A stretch of DNA of 64,000 nt from Orbicella franksi (taxonomy: Eukaryota): positions 25,668,001-25,732,000 of the forward strand of contig OZ116709.1 of the NCBI GenBank assembly GCA_964199315.1. Direction: 5' to 3'. Made by a program: the position numbers and the translations under genes. Positions 63,641 to 64,000 of the stretch are shown in pieces. The notes beneath the pieces are model-generated. The model made no database searches, was not told where the DNA came from, and worked only from the letters and a program-made list of their open reading frames with translations. Numbering within the stretch: position 1 is the first letter of the stretch; the number at the start of each line of letters is the position of its first letter.

Positions 63641-64000
63641 CTGAAAACAAATCAACCACAGAAAACAGCAAATTTGGAATGCAGCCTTACATACATGAAA
63701 CAGATTTTCAAGCCAAATTTTTCTCAAGAAGTCTTAAGGCAGGATTTGCCATAAAAGCTTGAAGTTTCGAAGTTTAGAAGTTAAATTTACAAACTTTTCC
63801 TAAATGTTTTACCCATGGTTTTTAATAATTCTTCAGGGTCAGGGGTGTCAAAAAGTGCAGTGAACTGGTATCTGAAACTAAGATTATCAGTTGAGTAAGG
63901 TGCAACAAACGTTTTGTGGCCAGGTTTTAATGTTCAACTTGTGTTGTTGTCATGGGCAACTAGCTCTGTTTCCAGTGGCAACTTGTTGGCCTTTGACATC

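Overview
Eukaryotic genomic DNA, AT-rich, with GT-AG introns and many MITE/SINE remnants. The repeat landscape and gene content look like an anthozoan, probably a stony coral (inference, not verified). From left to right: (1) the last two coding exons of a polycystin (PKD1L/PKD-channel) gene (+); (2) an intronless XK-related membrane protein gene (-); (3) a head-to-tail array of five divergent, spliced genes (+, about 11.8-53 kb), which the ORF track shows only as fragments; (4) the 3' ten exons of an ANKRD13-family gene (-). I assembled the five array genes by hand from splice sites, and every model keeps frame. Each encodes signal peptide + PDGF/VEGF-type cystine-knot domain (VEGF-C/D-like NHTSC motif) + CX10-11CXCXC silk/Balbiani-ring-type repeats + one transmembrane helix + short cytoplasmic tail, so they look like membrane-tethered VEGF-like ligands. 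All five lack the interchain dimerisation cysteines. Two have lost exactly the CysIII-CysVI knot pair. One shows a second paired Cys loss that predicts the disulfide wiring of the CXCXC repeats. This array is the main candidate for an undescribed system. There is one N gap (35192-35368). All exon models are manual and need RNA-seq confirmation.
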